64,000 bases of DNA from Octopus sinensis (taxonomy: Eukaryota). Positions 1-12,265 of the stretch are shown here, piece by piece. Positions within the stretch are counted from its first letter, which is position 1. Every line of letters starts with the position of its first letter. Where the stretch lies: positions 22,320,001-22,384,000 of the forward strand of contig NC_043021.1 in the NCBI RefSeq assembly GCF_006345805.1, written 5' to 3'. A model generated the notes under the pieces. It was not told the DNA's origin. It was given only the letters and a program-made list of their open reading frames with translations, and did no database searches. Made by a program: the position numbers and the translations under genes.

Positions 1-513
1 CTCGAAACGTTAAATACTTTTTCACTTCCCGAGTGTTATACTTATATATCTGTTTGTTGTCTACCCACCAGTCTTCTTTTGTTTTTTTGTGAATTCTATA
101 TATATATATATGTGTGTGTGTGTATGTGTAGGTGTGTGTGTGTTAGGTGTGCGTCACTATGCCTCACTATACACACTAACTTCTGTCTACTCCCCAGTCA
201 TGCCACATTCTAACTTTCGTTATAATATATAATATATAATATATACTTCCAATGCATTCTAACTCAGAGCTTATTCACTTCCTATATGAAGCTGGATCTA
301 CCACCTTCCGTTATACTTTGGTGTGGAATCTCCTCGAAACTTCATCAATGTGAATAACAGTATCATTTACGTAGGATTGTCTTAACTCTTCGATCATGCT
401 AATACCAAACACATCTGCTTTTCACCCTGGGCATTCCATGCGTTCTATAAGAAATGGTCCCTAATGAAATACTCGATTAAAGGTTTGGGTTACTGTTAGG
501 TTTAGGGAATATA

Positions 514-612
514 CTGTATCGGAGGAAGAAATCGTTCCTTGTTTAGACCTAAACAAATTTCATGATTCAGAAAAATCAAACGTTTCATGCACACAAACTG
601 CTTACTTTCTAC
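514..612 (+). other. Partial diverged duplicate of the interior of ORF 1540-2118
   Basis: ctgtatcggaggaagaaatcgttccttgtttagacctaaacaaat...tgcacacaaactgctt aligns to 1691-1790. It translates as VSEEEIVPCLDLNKFHDSEKSNVSCTQTA versus VSEEEIIPCLDLNKYHETVKPCISESCTQTA, with an in-frame 6-nt indel. Confidence 0.75.
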
Positions 613-921
613 GTTTCTATATTTTCCTATTTCTCTCCCTCCGATGACTGGAATTATTTACGGAATAACATGTGATACATATTCCTTGTTACTCTAGAAA
701 CAGCTGTAGGAGGCTTTACATATTTATTATAACTACTCAGGACTATGCTTATATTATAATTTAAATGTTATAGAATGATACCAAAACAATTGCTCGTTCT
801 TTATCAGTTTTAATGTCTGTATATATGTGTATGTGTGTGCGTTTGTATATATGTAGCATATATACACATCTAAAAATGTTTTAAATATATTAATGAATGT
901 GTATTGTGTGTACAGAATGAA

Positions 922-976
<55 letters not shown>

Positions 977-1139
977 GAGTGAGTGGTAACTATGTGTATG
1001 TTCATTTACACGCGTATTCGTATACACTACATGTATCTATATATGTTAGTGTGTGCATATAATTTCTGTCATCAATGAACGCATCAACGTGCATGCATTT
1101 GTGTATGTGTGTATGTATACATGTATACATGTATATGTA

Positions 1140-1261
<122 letters not shown>

Positions 1262-1539
1262 CTATGCGTGTGTGTATAACGTTCATATATCTATGTTACC
1301 GTGTTAGAATCACATAAAATACGTCACAATATACACGAGGATAAAAAAAATTATTAAGTGTTGAATATTACCGCGGATTTTAACTTATTCAACTTTCGAA
1401 TTGACGCTTTAAAGCGAATTCTTTTTGACATTCTATAACTCATTGATTTCGTATTTCGAAATATTCATTTATTGTTTTATTATGAATTAGTTACTTTATC
1501 TTAATTTCGAATTTTTCAATTTACACTTAGAATTAGTGT

Positions 1540-2118
1540 GTGTATGGGAATCTGTATTTTTTGGCTGTTTCGTATAAAATGCCCTCAGGTCGTACATCGA
1601 AGAGTTTCAAGAAACAACTGTTCAACTTTTCCTCTAAGTTTAAGTTGTGTTTCCTTGATTATTTCTTATGTTGCTGTATTTCGAAAAATGCTGTCTCGGA
1701 GGAAGAAATCATTCCTTGTTTAGACCTAAACAAATATCACGAGACAGTAAAACCATGCATTTCAGAATCTTGCACACAAACTGCTTCCTTCCAACCGATG
1801 ATCCCAGTTAGTGAACCAATTTTTGCTGGTGAACAAGACAATGAAATGGCCTCTGATGTAAGTACAGAAATAGTTTCCTTCCAACAAACATCGTGTATCT
1901 CTCAACCAAATATTCCCCAAGAGTCCAATATAAAAGTCATTTCTGATGGCGATTCGTATCATACAGCACGTGAGTATTGTGTTTCAAAGCCTGATCACGA
2001 CTCCGACAAAGGAAGCTACTCCGACTCAGGCGTGGAGACTCTCTCAAGCGATTCTTTCATTCAGCAGAACTCGTATGATATCGAAACAAGACGGAAAAAA
2101 TTTCTTTGCGAATCTTAA
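1540..2118 (+). CDS. Candidate single-exon (or large-exon) orphan ORF, 192 aa, Ser/Glu/Asp-rich C-terminal half, Cys cluster near the N-terminus
   Basis: The only long ORF in the window that is neither microsatellite- nor transposon-derived. No recognisable domain. The likely start is MPSGRT (atg at ~1579). A partial paralog lies at 514-612. Confidence 0.4.
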   Translation: MYGNLYFLAVSYKMPSGRTSKSFKKQLFNFSSKFKLCFLDYFLCCCISKNAVSEEEIIPCLDLNKYHETVKPCISESCTQTASFQPMIPVSEPIFAGEQDNEMASDVSTEIVSFQQTSCISQPNIPQESNIKVISDGDSYHTAREYCVSKPDHDSDKGSYSDSGVETLSSDSFIQQNSYDIETRRKKFLCES

Positions 2119-2586
2119 CATGTTAGTTCCTATCTATTCCAATATGAAAAACGATCGTGGTGGATATTTATAATGTTTGTGTATCTTGCCGAGAAAATAT
2201 TTTCGAATAAGAGAAGAAATCGCTTTCAACATCTAGATAATATCGAAAAATCTATTGTCATCGATTTCAGAGAGGACCCAATGTACGAAAAATAATTACT
2301 CCTAAACGAATGTGCTACATTTCATTATTTTGTGGAATCAGAGCTTGTCTTAATTCACATATTTTGTTAAGTATCATTTCGGGTGATGAGAGGAGAAATA
2401 ATGAAAAATGCTTCCTGGTTCATTACCTTCGAAAGCTTGTTAGTTTGTGACTATTTGCAGAGATTTGATTTGCTCCATGATGTGCAGGATCAAGTTGTAT
2501 TTCTGCAGTATTGCAATACACTGTTTAAAATTTCTACAACAATGACACCAACAAACGCTACAGACACAAACACATACACATAGATA

Positions 2587-2638
<52 letters not shown>

Positions 2639-3489
2639 AATATATATATATAATATAATATATATATATTATGCTAAACAGTACGATAACGCAATATTTA
2701 CCGATTTTTGAACAAGAAAGAACAGAAGAAGTGAGAAATACAAGTTGAAGAATAAAAAATATGATGGTAAAATATCACATCATATATAATTTGAAGTGAA
2801 AGAACGACAACTGAGGAACTGTGTTTGAGGTAATATCAGAGAACAGTCATATCAGAGATGATAAAAGAAATATATTGCAGGTACAATGAGATAAAACATC
2901 TGAAAGGACTATTGATAACAGCTATAAAAAAAATGATACAGTGATATCATGTAGTGGATATTAGTGCAAAGATGTTAATATACACAATAACAGATGAAAA
3001 GTGAAGACAGTTAAAGTCACGATACATATAAAGCAGGAATAATGAGATAAACCAGTTGAAAAGGACTTTGAAACGCTTAAAGACTAAGATACTAAAAGAT
3101 ACTAAAAGATACTAAAAGATACTAAAAAAAACATATGAAAGCGGAAGGAATGGGTTAATAAAACATATTTAATCTATTTGAAGAGGATTATTTCTAATTT
3201 TGGTACAATGCCAACGATTTTGAGAGTGTATAGAGATCAAATCGATTACATCGAACCTGGTGCTTGAATGCTGCTTTATTTTACCCGACCTTAAAATGGA
3301 AAAAAAAAGGATAGGTTGACCTCGGCAGGATTTGAACTCGACATATAAATTGATTGTATAAATTCTGCAAGACATATTTTACACCGCTCTAACGATACTT
3401 GTAGCACTAGGCCCTTCTCTTTTATAACTATAATGCTAGTTAGAACAATATTTCATTTGAAATACAGAATATAAATTCATGAGAACACT

Positions 3490-3768
3490 CGTTGTTTGTT
3501 TCTTCTCGAGCCGTGCCTGGCTCATAAGTGCCGGTTTCTCGGTTTCATTGGCGTATACGTTCCCCACCTGAACGGTAAACCGATCCGTCGCAGGTGAGCT
3601 TCTAGATGCAGCAGGAAAAAGTGAGGGAAATTTGTGGCGAAAGCGTCAGCATAAGTTCATTATTACCTTCTGCCGGAGCAGAGGTGTTTCGCTCATCAAC
3701 ACACATTCGAACTCGCGATCCCTCGACTGCTATTCCGATACCCTACCCCCTAGGCCATGTGCCTCCAC
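3490..3768 (-). mobile_element. tRNA-headed SINE (family-B-like head, different body) with a 38-bp target-site duplication
   Basis: The minus strand starts gtggaggcacatggcctag (compare the family B head) and ends ...ggctcgagaagaaacaaacaac. It is flanked by identical ttcatttgaaatacagaatataaattcatgagaacact at 3452-3489 and 3769-3806. Confidence 0.85.
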
Positions 3769-4236
3769 TTCATTTGAAATACAGAATATAAATTCATGAG
3801 AACACTTAATTCCTGCTAAATTTTGTACGCTGTATAATCTTAATATTCCATTCGTTTTAAATACAGAACAAGGAATACCTTATAAAGCACCCAACACTCG
3901 TTAAACAGAATGAAAATTTTGGAAGTTAGCACTAAAAGACTAACTGTATATACATAAAAGAAAGTAAAGAAACGGAAATAACATTATTTTTATGTTTTAA
4001 CGGATGACCACAAAGATATAAAAGTAAACATCCGCCGTAAAACCATTGGTATTCGTATAGACGCTTTCTCAAATAGTATGACTTATGGGTATCATAGTCA
4101 ATAAATTACCGCCAGATGGATTTTCTGTCGAATTCATCAATCCATGTACACTCGTTCGTTCAACCAAATATTCTATACATATTTAATGAAAAGTGCGTAT
4201 CAGTCATATGTAATTTTAGTGGCACACTCAAAATTA

Positions 4237-4430
4237 AGGTAGCGATCTGGCAGAGACATTTGCGCGCTCTGCTAAATGTTTTTAAATTCTGAGTTCAAAT
4301 CCGCCGAAGTCGACTCTACGCTTCGTTATTTCAAGACCGATGAAGTAAGTATCTTTTGATTAGTAGGTTCTACGTAATCGACTTAACCCTTTCCCCTGAA
4401 ATTACTGGTCTTAAGCCACAATTAGAAAGC
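4237..4430 (+). mobile_element. Degenerate SINE family C copy
   Basis: Retains ctgagttcaaatccgccgaagtcgact and gtaatcgacttaaccc, matching the intact copies at 10285 and 36474. Confidence 0.55.
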
Positions 4431-4667
4431 GTTCCCAGGTAAAATCATCATGGTGCATGTATATGTTTGAAATTACAGGTACAATACAACCAAGGAACTT
4501 CCACACATTTCCTGTCTATCCAGTTTAACTCACAAACCATGGACAGACGCACAACTACTGTAATGGAAATTGCCCAACTTGCAACAGCGTGGCATCCGAC
4601 ACATTGTCTTATATTTGTCGTCCCTTATGAACTCCATATTCACTAATATATGTCTGTTTTAATATAG

Positions 4668-4985
4668 ATACGTCTACGTCTATGTAGACATATCAGTGAT
4701 GCACCTCGTAATGTCCTGTCACACCTGGTCTCTCTTGAGACACTTTGACTATCCCGACACGTGGTCTATCTAACCATGCCTATGGCTACCTAACCAGCTT
4801 CTTCCTAGATATGTCTTCGTCTATTTATACATGCCTGCGTCTATGTAGTCATATCAGCGTTTGGTGTATATTGACACGCCTGGTCTATCCAAGCATGCCT
4901 ACGTCTATCTAGGTATGCCTGCGACTATCTAGTCACGCCAGCGTATTTCTAGATATATCTACGTCTATTTAGACATACCCGTGTA
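4668..4985. repeat. Degenerate ~20-bp minisatellite (consensus ~ATGCCTRCGTCTATCTAGAC)
   Basis: Consecutive 20-mers at 4895-4974: atgcctacgtctatctaggt / atgcctgcgactatctagtc / acgccagcgtatttctagat / atatctacgtctatttagac. Further copies lie near 4670 and 4810-4850. Confidence 0.65.
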
Positions 4986-7109
4986 TATCTGTTGTATAAT
5001 TATTATAATTCAATTGCAAAACAGATGCTAGCATATCTGTTAACAATTATAAATACACAATTCATGGGAGAACATCTATTATGTAAATCATTAGTTCTGG
5101 TTAAAAATGCGGAGGAGACAAATATATTCATATTATATTCGGATTTATTGGTTTCGTAATGCAGGGCGGGGGGTAAATTTCTGCAGTAGAGTCATAACGC
5201 CACTCATATTTTTGTCTTACAATCAACAATAAGCTATATCTAATGTATCTTAATTCAAACTAGCCTCCTATGTAATTTACAACAGACTAAGCTACATTGA
5301 TAAATATTCTCATCAATTCGGTTCAAAATAAAATTTCTAGGTTTGAAGGATCAGCCATGACTGAGTATATTTCTCTATTAATATTTTATGCAGCAGGCGT
5401 CCCTCAATATTTTATTCCTATTCTTTCGTAAAGCCATAACATCCTTCGTTACACAGGTTCTTGGTTTTGAATTCATCTTTGTTGTATAGTGATATTAAAT
5501 TATGCTTTGCTGGAGATGTGTAATTTGATTGTGGTTTGAATGGGAATTCAGGTAAGACAAGTAAACCGGCTGCAGTCTTTAGAATGTCAACAGTTACTTT
5601 CATTTAGAGAAATCTTAGAGAAAAGAGTGTAGAGAATTAGTTAAAAGGAATTTGATGTCCATCAACGGGGTAACAGACAACCATTTGAGTAGAATCGGAA
5701 GGGTGCAGTAAAAACAGCAGTAATAGATTTTAATAGGTTAGGAAATGATATTTAAAAAGGCATCGGACTGACTTGCTAACTTAGAAAGTGAAGCTCAATG
5801 ACTTCTACTGAGGACAACACGGAGATTCTGTCATCAGACGTAAGTTCCGTTCTTATGGAAACGTGTGACTGAAAGCTGTTTGATGGTCTAATTAGAAAAG
5901 ATTAGACATGCAGACTGCGCAGTAATTATATATTTGAAGACCTAAGGTTGGTTTTTGCTGTTTGATTCTAGGCGTGTGTGATTGTGTGTGCCCGTGTGTG
6001 TGCATGTGGATGTAGATGGGTGTGTTTGTGTCATTCCTTAGCAGCTCTTAGTATTCGTCTTTCGGAGTAGAGAAAGATTCACCAAAGGCCGCAGAATATA
6101 TTGCTTGCCACGACGACCTCTGGTATTTCTTGCAAAGAAAATGGTTTCCTGAAAAATTCCGATAATGGCTACTGATATTATAATTGTTAGGGGTTGAATA
6201 TTTGAGGGTAAATTTCCTGGGTGGAGAGATCCACCTTAAGAGATGTATTCACTCATTTCACTTATGTCTGCTTTTCTTAGAAGACATCTGTTGCAACAGG
6301 TGGAGACCTGGGAATGTTCTTGAGAGAATTGGCCATAAATAGGGGGTTGTGACGCCCCTAGGTCGACAGCAGACTAAGTAATCATGTTCAGCAAGTTTTA
6401 GCATAACAATCAAGATTAATAGTTTGACGAAGTTTTTGCGAATCTCAGTAGTCTACTTAGAGGAGCAAACACTCACGCTGTTTAAATTATTTCTCTCCAC
6501 AACAATATCTGCCTCGTGAGACTTATCGAGGAGGTGTGACTAATAATCCGAGGGCTGATTGGAAGGTCTATTCCTTTTTTTAAAAAAAAAACAAAGACAA
6601 AAAAATATCGAATGTTTCCAGTTGCCGGGTGAGCCCAATGCAACTGATTTAAGTCCTGTTTTGAGAAAATTGATCACTTGATTGAATATTCTCTCTGTAA
6701 ATGGCCCAAACTACAATGAATGTGAGACCCTTAAAAGTGTCTTCTCTCATCGCTCCAAGATGTATTCTCTCATGGGATATCCCTATGGAAATGAGAGTTG
6801 TTGAAGGCAATTGTCTTTGTCAGAAGGCACTCAAGCAGCATGTTGGCATATTGGCGTCATCATTTTGACGTTAGAGACCAAGGAATCGATGCCATCCTTC
6901 AAATCTTAAAGAAAATAAACTGCTTACAAGAGCAAATATTTATATTTTCAAGCACAAATCGATGGGTTTGAAGCTTGGAAAATAGAAAAGCACGATCCCG
7001 TTGTCTCGTGGAGGAGGACTCTCAATGAATAATCCTATTAAGTTGTTCGCTTCTGGCAGCACCTTTGTGTGAGAACGTAAGGTGTGTTTATAGACAGGGC
7101 GGTGATTTG

Positions 7110-7122
7110 TAGTAGTAGCAGC

Positions 7123-7177
<55 letters not shown>

Positions 7178-7214
7178 CTGGTGGTGGTAGTAGCAGTAGT
7201 AGTAGTAGTGGTGC

Positions 7215-7257
<43 letters not shown>

Positions 7258-7283
7258 GGTGGTAGTAGTAGTAGTGGTGGTGC

Positions 7284-7315
<32 letters not shown>

Positions 7316-7482
7316 GCAGCAGCAGTACTAGTAGTAGTAGTAGTAGTAGTAGTGGTGCTGGTGGTGGTAGTAGTAGTAGTAGTAATAGTAGTGGTGGTGG
7401 TGGTGGTGGTAGTAGTAGTAGTAGTGGTGGTGCTGGTAGTGGTGGTAGTAGTAGTAGTAGTAGCAGCAGCAGCAGCAGCAGT

Positions 7483-7528
<46 letters not shown>

Positions 7529-7530
7529 CG
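7110..7530. repeat. Compound (TAG)n/(TGG)n/(CAG)n microsatellite with a recurring agtggtgctggtggtggt block
   Basis: Direct inspection. It is the source of the poly-S/G, poly-V and poly-L ORFs. Confidence 0.95.
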
Positions 7531-7880
7531 TCGTCCACAAGCTACGTGTAAATTTCAAAATAAAATTATTCGATTACTTTCAGGACTGGATTATTAACAG
7601 TGTGGCGTTCGTTAATGACATGATTCAAAACGAAATGAATACTTTGAGCTTCCAGCTTCTTGTTGCTTTGTATCCTTACTTGAGGCCGAGTAGATTTCCA
7701 TCAATCTGCCGCTGCCAGAAAAAAACTCGTAAAAAAAAAAATGCAGTAAACAAGATATGGAATGCCTTGAGTGATGCAAATATCTCTCAAACGTATGGAA
7801 AACCAAATGGAAAATAAACAAAAATATACAAGAAGTCGTTACCGCTCTTGAGAAAAAAAAACACAACGACCTCAAATCCA

Positions 7881-7980
7881 NNNNNNNNNNNNNNNNNNNN
7901 NNNNNNNNNNNNNNNNNNNNNNNNNNNNNNNNNNNNNNNNNNNNNNNNNNNNNNNNNNNNNNNNNNNNNNNNNNNNNNNN
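7881..7980. other. Assembly gap (100 N)
   Basis: Exactly 100 N, typical of a gap of unknown size. Contiguity across it is not guaranteed. Confidence 0.99.
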
Positions 7981-8365
7981 GTATTATATTTATCGAGATG
8001 TAACGCCAAACATAAAGCTCTTACTCGCACCTATTGTCATTAGAACAAACTGCTTAATCTAACACCAGAGTTACCCAAAATACGAAGAAAAGTTTCTGCT
8101 CTTGAACAACGGACAATGGTAAACGGATTCGGCTTATTCAGTTGTTTCATTGTATAGCAGTTCATTTCGTAAAAATCTTGTATGCAATTAGATGTGTATA
8201 GGGAATATACTTTCATGCAAAGTTACACTCACATGAATAGAAATGAATCGTAAACTTACTTGTGTCCTACGATTGTATATATTTATAAACATACATACGT
8301 ACATATATATTTGAATACAGAAGCATACAAAATGCAGAAAGTGTCGAGGCACACACACACACATT

Positions 8366-8640
8366 TCTAAATGGGTGATGTAACTTTTATTTTAAGTCTA
8401 AGGTAACGTCTAGAAAATTCACTATCTTGGTGTTAGGTTCATACGTAAAGCCTGGGTTGAAATCTTTGAAAACTTTACTAATTTTCTTTATTATTCTCCC
8501 AATGTTTGATTTATTGTTACTAGGTACAATAAATAAAGCATCATCTCTATATAAACCACCTTGTAATTCCGGGATATCTCTACTCATGCATTTTAATAAT
8601 GTTATCAATTGATATGAAAATTATGTATTAATGGAAAACA
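8366..8640 (-). mobile_element. Penelope-like element reverse-transcriptase fragment
   Basis: ORF 8387-8608 contains GGLYRDDALF...KIVNFLDVTLDLK, homologous to GGLYRDDGLF...NFLDVTLDLK of the PLE at 44-45 kb. It runs out into (CA)n. Confidence 0.85.
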
Positions 8641-8648
8641 TCAATTAA

Positions 8649-8732
8649 TGGCTGATGATTGCTCAACATTTTAAAACTATTGTAATACTTACAACATTTA
8701 ATAAAATGTTGTAGCATGAAACGATCGTACCA
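8649..8732 (+). ncRNA. Type I hammerhead ribozyme motif (minimal/dimer type) at a PLE end
   Basis: tgg-CTGATGA(8652-8658), then a long stem II (tgct/agca, caacatttta/taaaatgttg), GAAA(8718-8721), palindromic stem III ACGATCGT, A(8729) and cca. The GUA cleavage triplet is present. About 35 nt of tail follow, then (TA)n. Confidence 0.75.
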
Positions 8733-9609
8733 AATTACCGACGTTATTCTTGTTGCTTATTTTGATTATATATATACATATATATACACATATATGTGGT
8801 TGTGTGTACGTATTAATGTATGTATGTATGTATATATATATATATATATATATATGTTGGGGTGTATAGATATATATATATGTCGACAATATGGAAGCGC
8901 GTATATACACAAGATTATAGCCAATACATACATTGATTGAATCTTATATAATCTAGTTAGTTATGGGTGTGTTTGCGGATGTGCGCGCGTGTATTTATGT
9001 GTATGCGTTTGCAAGAATATCGCGGCGATGGCTTTGTAATACATGCCACAAGAATACCACCATATTTGAAAGCTATATATTAAAATGTATTAATACCCAT
9101 AAAATCACATGATTCTTGTCTAGACTTCGAAACAAAATAATATTGAGGTCTTCATTTTTCCGAAATATCACACGGAGAAAAGAAGTGTTTAAAAATCGAT
9201 AAAATGAATATAAAAAAAAGAATACTGAATTGAAAGCAGTTTCATGTTATGCAAATTTATTGCCTTGTATCAACAGATAAAAAAATAGCTGTATTAAGTG
9301 CATATACTGTTTTCTTTTCAAATATTGTCAGTTGGATATGTTTTGATTTTCGGTTCTTTTCCTCTTCGTTCATGACCCTGGAGCAACTGTAATAATTTTC
9401 AACATTTTTGCCGACTTGCATAATTGGTTATTCTATTTGCATTTGTTTACTATATGTTAAATAAAATAAGGGGGTTGCAGCTACTATCGGGGGAGACCAT
9501 TTCTAATTTAATATCAACTCGTGAAGTGGGAATTTTATAGTCATGTTTTGCGGCAAAATTGCCCACGCAGAAAAATATTGTTTTTGATTTTGACACAAGT
9601 TGAGGGCGG

Positions 9610-9875
9610 GAGTAAGTCGATTACACCACCCCCAATACACAACCAGTATTTATTTTATCCTCCATGAAAGGATGAAGGGTAAAGTCGACCTATGCAGAAT
9701 TTTAACTCAGGACGAAATACTTCTATGTTTTTCACCCTGCGTGCTAACGATTCTTATCTCTTTATTGCCCGCAAGCGGCTAAACATACAGGGGACAAACA
9801 AGGACAGACAAAGGGATTAAGTCGATTAGATCGATCCTAGTGCACGACTGGTACTTAATTTATCGACCCCGAAAT
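9610..9875 (-). mobile_element. Two SINE family C fragments (degenerate copy plus 3' half)
   Basis: taagtcgattacaccacc...aaagtcgacc...aactcag and ggggacaaacaaggacagacaaagggattaagtcgatt...atcgaccccgaaa are reverse complements of family C. Confidence 0.7.
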
Positions 9876-10095
9876 GATGTATATATGTGTGTGTGTGCGC
9901 GCGTGTGTTTGTGTGTGTAGTAATAATAACAATAATACTTGGATGGTATTTATAAGTATTTAATATATCACTAAGCACGTACAGATTGCTGCAACCCAAA
10001 AACTGTTTCACCAGTCAGTATTATCATTGCACTATGGCCGGCATAATGGAATAGGTGCCTTATTTGCATATTCAAAACGCTTCCCGTAAACAGAT

Positions 10096-10138
<43 letters not shown>

Positions 10139-10158
10139 TATATATCTATATATATATA

Positions 10159-10274
<116 letters not shown>

Positions 10275-10284
10275 CAATGTGATA

Positions 10285-10516
10285 AAGGCACGAGCTGGCA
10301 GAAACATTAGCACGCCGAGCGAAATGCGTAGCCGTATTTCGTCTGCCGTTACGTTCTGAGTTCAAATTCCGCCGAGGTCGACTTTGTCTTTCATCCTTTC
10401 GGGGTCGATAAATTAAGTACCAGTTACGCACTGGGGTCGATGTAATCGACTTAATCCGTGTATCTGTCTTTGTTTGTCCCCTCTTTGTTTAGACCCTTGT
10501 AGGTAGTAAAGAAATA
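10285..10516 (+). mobile_element. SINE family C (tRNA-like head)
   Basis: aaggcacgagctggcagaaacattagc...gagttcaaattccgcc (B-box-like)...gggtagtaaagaaata-type tail. Near-identical copies occur at 36474, 38788 and 52521. Confidence 0.9.
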
Positions 10517-12085
10517 TATATACAAAGCGATAGATATATGTTTGCGTGAGTGTATGTGCTTGCGCACGCGTTTGTGTGCGGTTCAGCCATTTTTCGCTTT
10601 ATTTTCTTCCTTCTCGTATATCATTCGCCATTGGCAAAAAAAGAAAAGAACAAGATATTCCTCTCCAATGTCTTAAGACAGTCTTTAACATCAATTTCAC
10701 TTTATTTTATATTTTCTTCAAAGGATTTCCCTCAAAGATTTTTCCTTCCCCTTCACAATAGCTTGTGACGAAGAAGGTTTCTGTTTCACATTTCCTCAGT
10801 ACCTTGACAGGAATCTGTTTTCTTTGCTTCATTCATTTGTAGCTATTTAAAGTATTCTCCATTGATTCGTTATAATAGATTTGCATAATTCTCCGCTAGA
10901 TATTATAAGATATTTTTCTACCACGCAGTATTCTTAGTAAATATAATCAATGCCGTGTGCGGCTGGTCTCTTTCAAATGAACACTTTATTACATGTCTAG
11001 TCTTGTTAATTGACTGCCAGCTGAGAATATCATAACTATAGCTTTTAATAGAACAGCCACCAGATTATTGATATATATTACATTATTTTCGGCATTAGGC
11101 TTCCTTTTAATTATTTATCTTACCCGAATCAAATATTCCTTTATAACATTTTATTTCTCCTCTGTCTAGTTAATTAAATACGAAGTATCAAGAAGTCTGT
11201 GTTTGGTTCAATTTTCTCTTTTGTTTCCTATCTACTTAATATTAATGGGTTTTATTAAACTTCATTAATTCCAGATTGCATCGTGGCATTTTGCTAAACC
11301 AAAGTCATGTCAAATCCCCCCCCCTGAATTCATTTGCTTCTTTTATTTATTTCATACCAACATCGCACAAGGTTTTTTTTTTACGTATACAAACCATGGT
11401 TAATTGTCATTCGATATCATTTGTACCCAAGTTTAGTCGGGATGGTATAAATATAGCTAACATCAAGGCGAAAAGGATTGGACAGAGGCAAACAACTTGA
11501 AATACATTTCCATCAGCCATGCCAATTGTTTTTATATGTAACAATAGTGTTTATATCAACAGACGCTTGTTATTAAAGCTGTTCTGTTCTTGGTAATGAG
11601 TTTTAAGATCCACAGATGCAGATGTCTCTATAATGAGTGGATTTATCATTTCAGTTCTTACTGCAATGTATAGTCATTTTGTTTACCATCGGATTGTACT
11701 TTGTGGTCTTTCGATATTATAAGGATTTTCTGCATAGGAAAGTCAGTTTGCTATTTTTATGAATTTGTTTTGTAAGAGGTGAAATCGTGTGTTGAAACAG
11801 ATATCGTCACTTTTCGGAATGATTGTTATATTCATTCGTAAATCGTTTATCATTGTTTTTGTTTCATCTTATGACTATTGTCTGGAAATCTTTCGCCGTA
11901 TACCTGTGACCTCATCAGCGACTCATAGATCCTACATGTCTCTGCATAGAATAATCAGGAAGTCGGAGGGAAAAATCTCTGAAGAGATCACAGATGTGTG
12001 ATGAAAAAGTTCAAGGTAATTGACATGCAATAAAATAACAATTATAATAAATGGGTTAAGAACCGATATACAGTGACGTGAACGA

Positions 12086-12265
12086 AAAGAAGAAGAGAAG
12101 AAAGAGAAGAAGAAGAAGAAAGAAGAAGAAAAGAAGAAGAAGAGAAGAAGAAGAAGAAGAAGAAGAAGAAAGAAGAAGAAGGAGAAGAAGAAAGAAGAAG
12201 AAGAAGAAGATGGAAAGAAGAAGAAACGGAGGAGAAAACGAGAAGAGAAAGAAGAAGGGAAGAAG
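12086..12265. repeat. (GAA)n-rich purine tract
   Basis: Direct inspection. Confidence 0.9.

Noticed and set aside
1-97. ctcGAAACGTTa... next to (TA)n, possibly the 3' half of another PLE hammerhead end
   Set aside because: The CUGANGA half would lie upstream of the window, so it cannot be evaluated.
486-507. gggttactgttaggtttaggg, telomere-like
   Set aside because: Only one to two imperfect units; not an array.
3088-3127. Four copies of gatactaaaa; also the repeated units at 41535-41965 considered as CRISPR-like
   Set aside because: Simple tandem repeats without unique spacers, in a eukaryotic context with no cas genes.
5420-5660. Possible decayed L1/Tx1-like C-terminal coding remnant (minus strand)
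   Set aside because: Multiple stops and no diagnostic motif I can name confidently.
6620-6860. PNATDLSPV resembling the Tc1 SPDLNPI motif
   Set aside because: Too degraded; the other catalytic motifs were not found.
11270-11560. CPILFALML resembling an RTE-type RT motif (minus strand)
   Set aside because: A single weak motif with no YADD-equivalent recovered.
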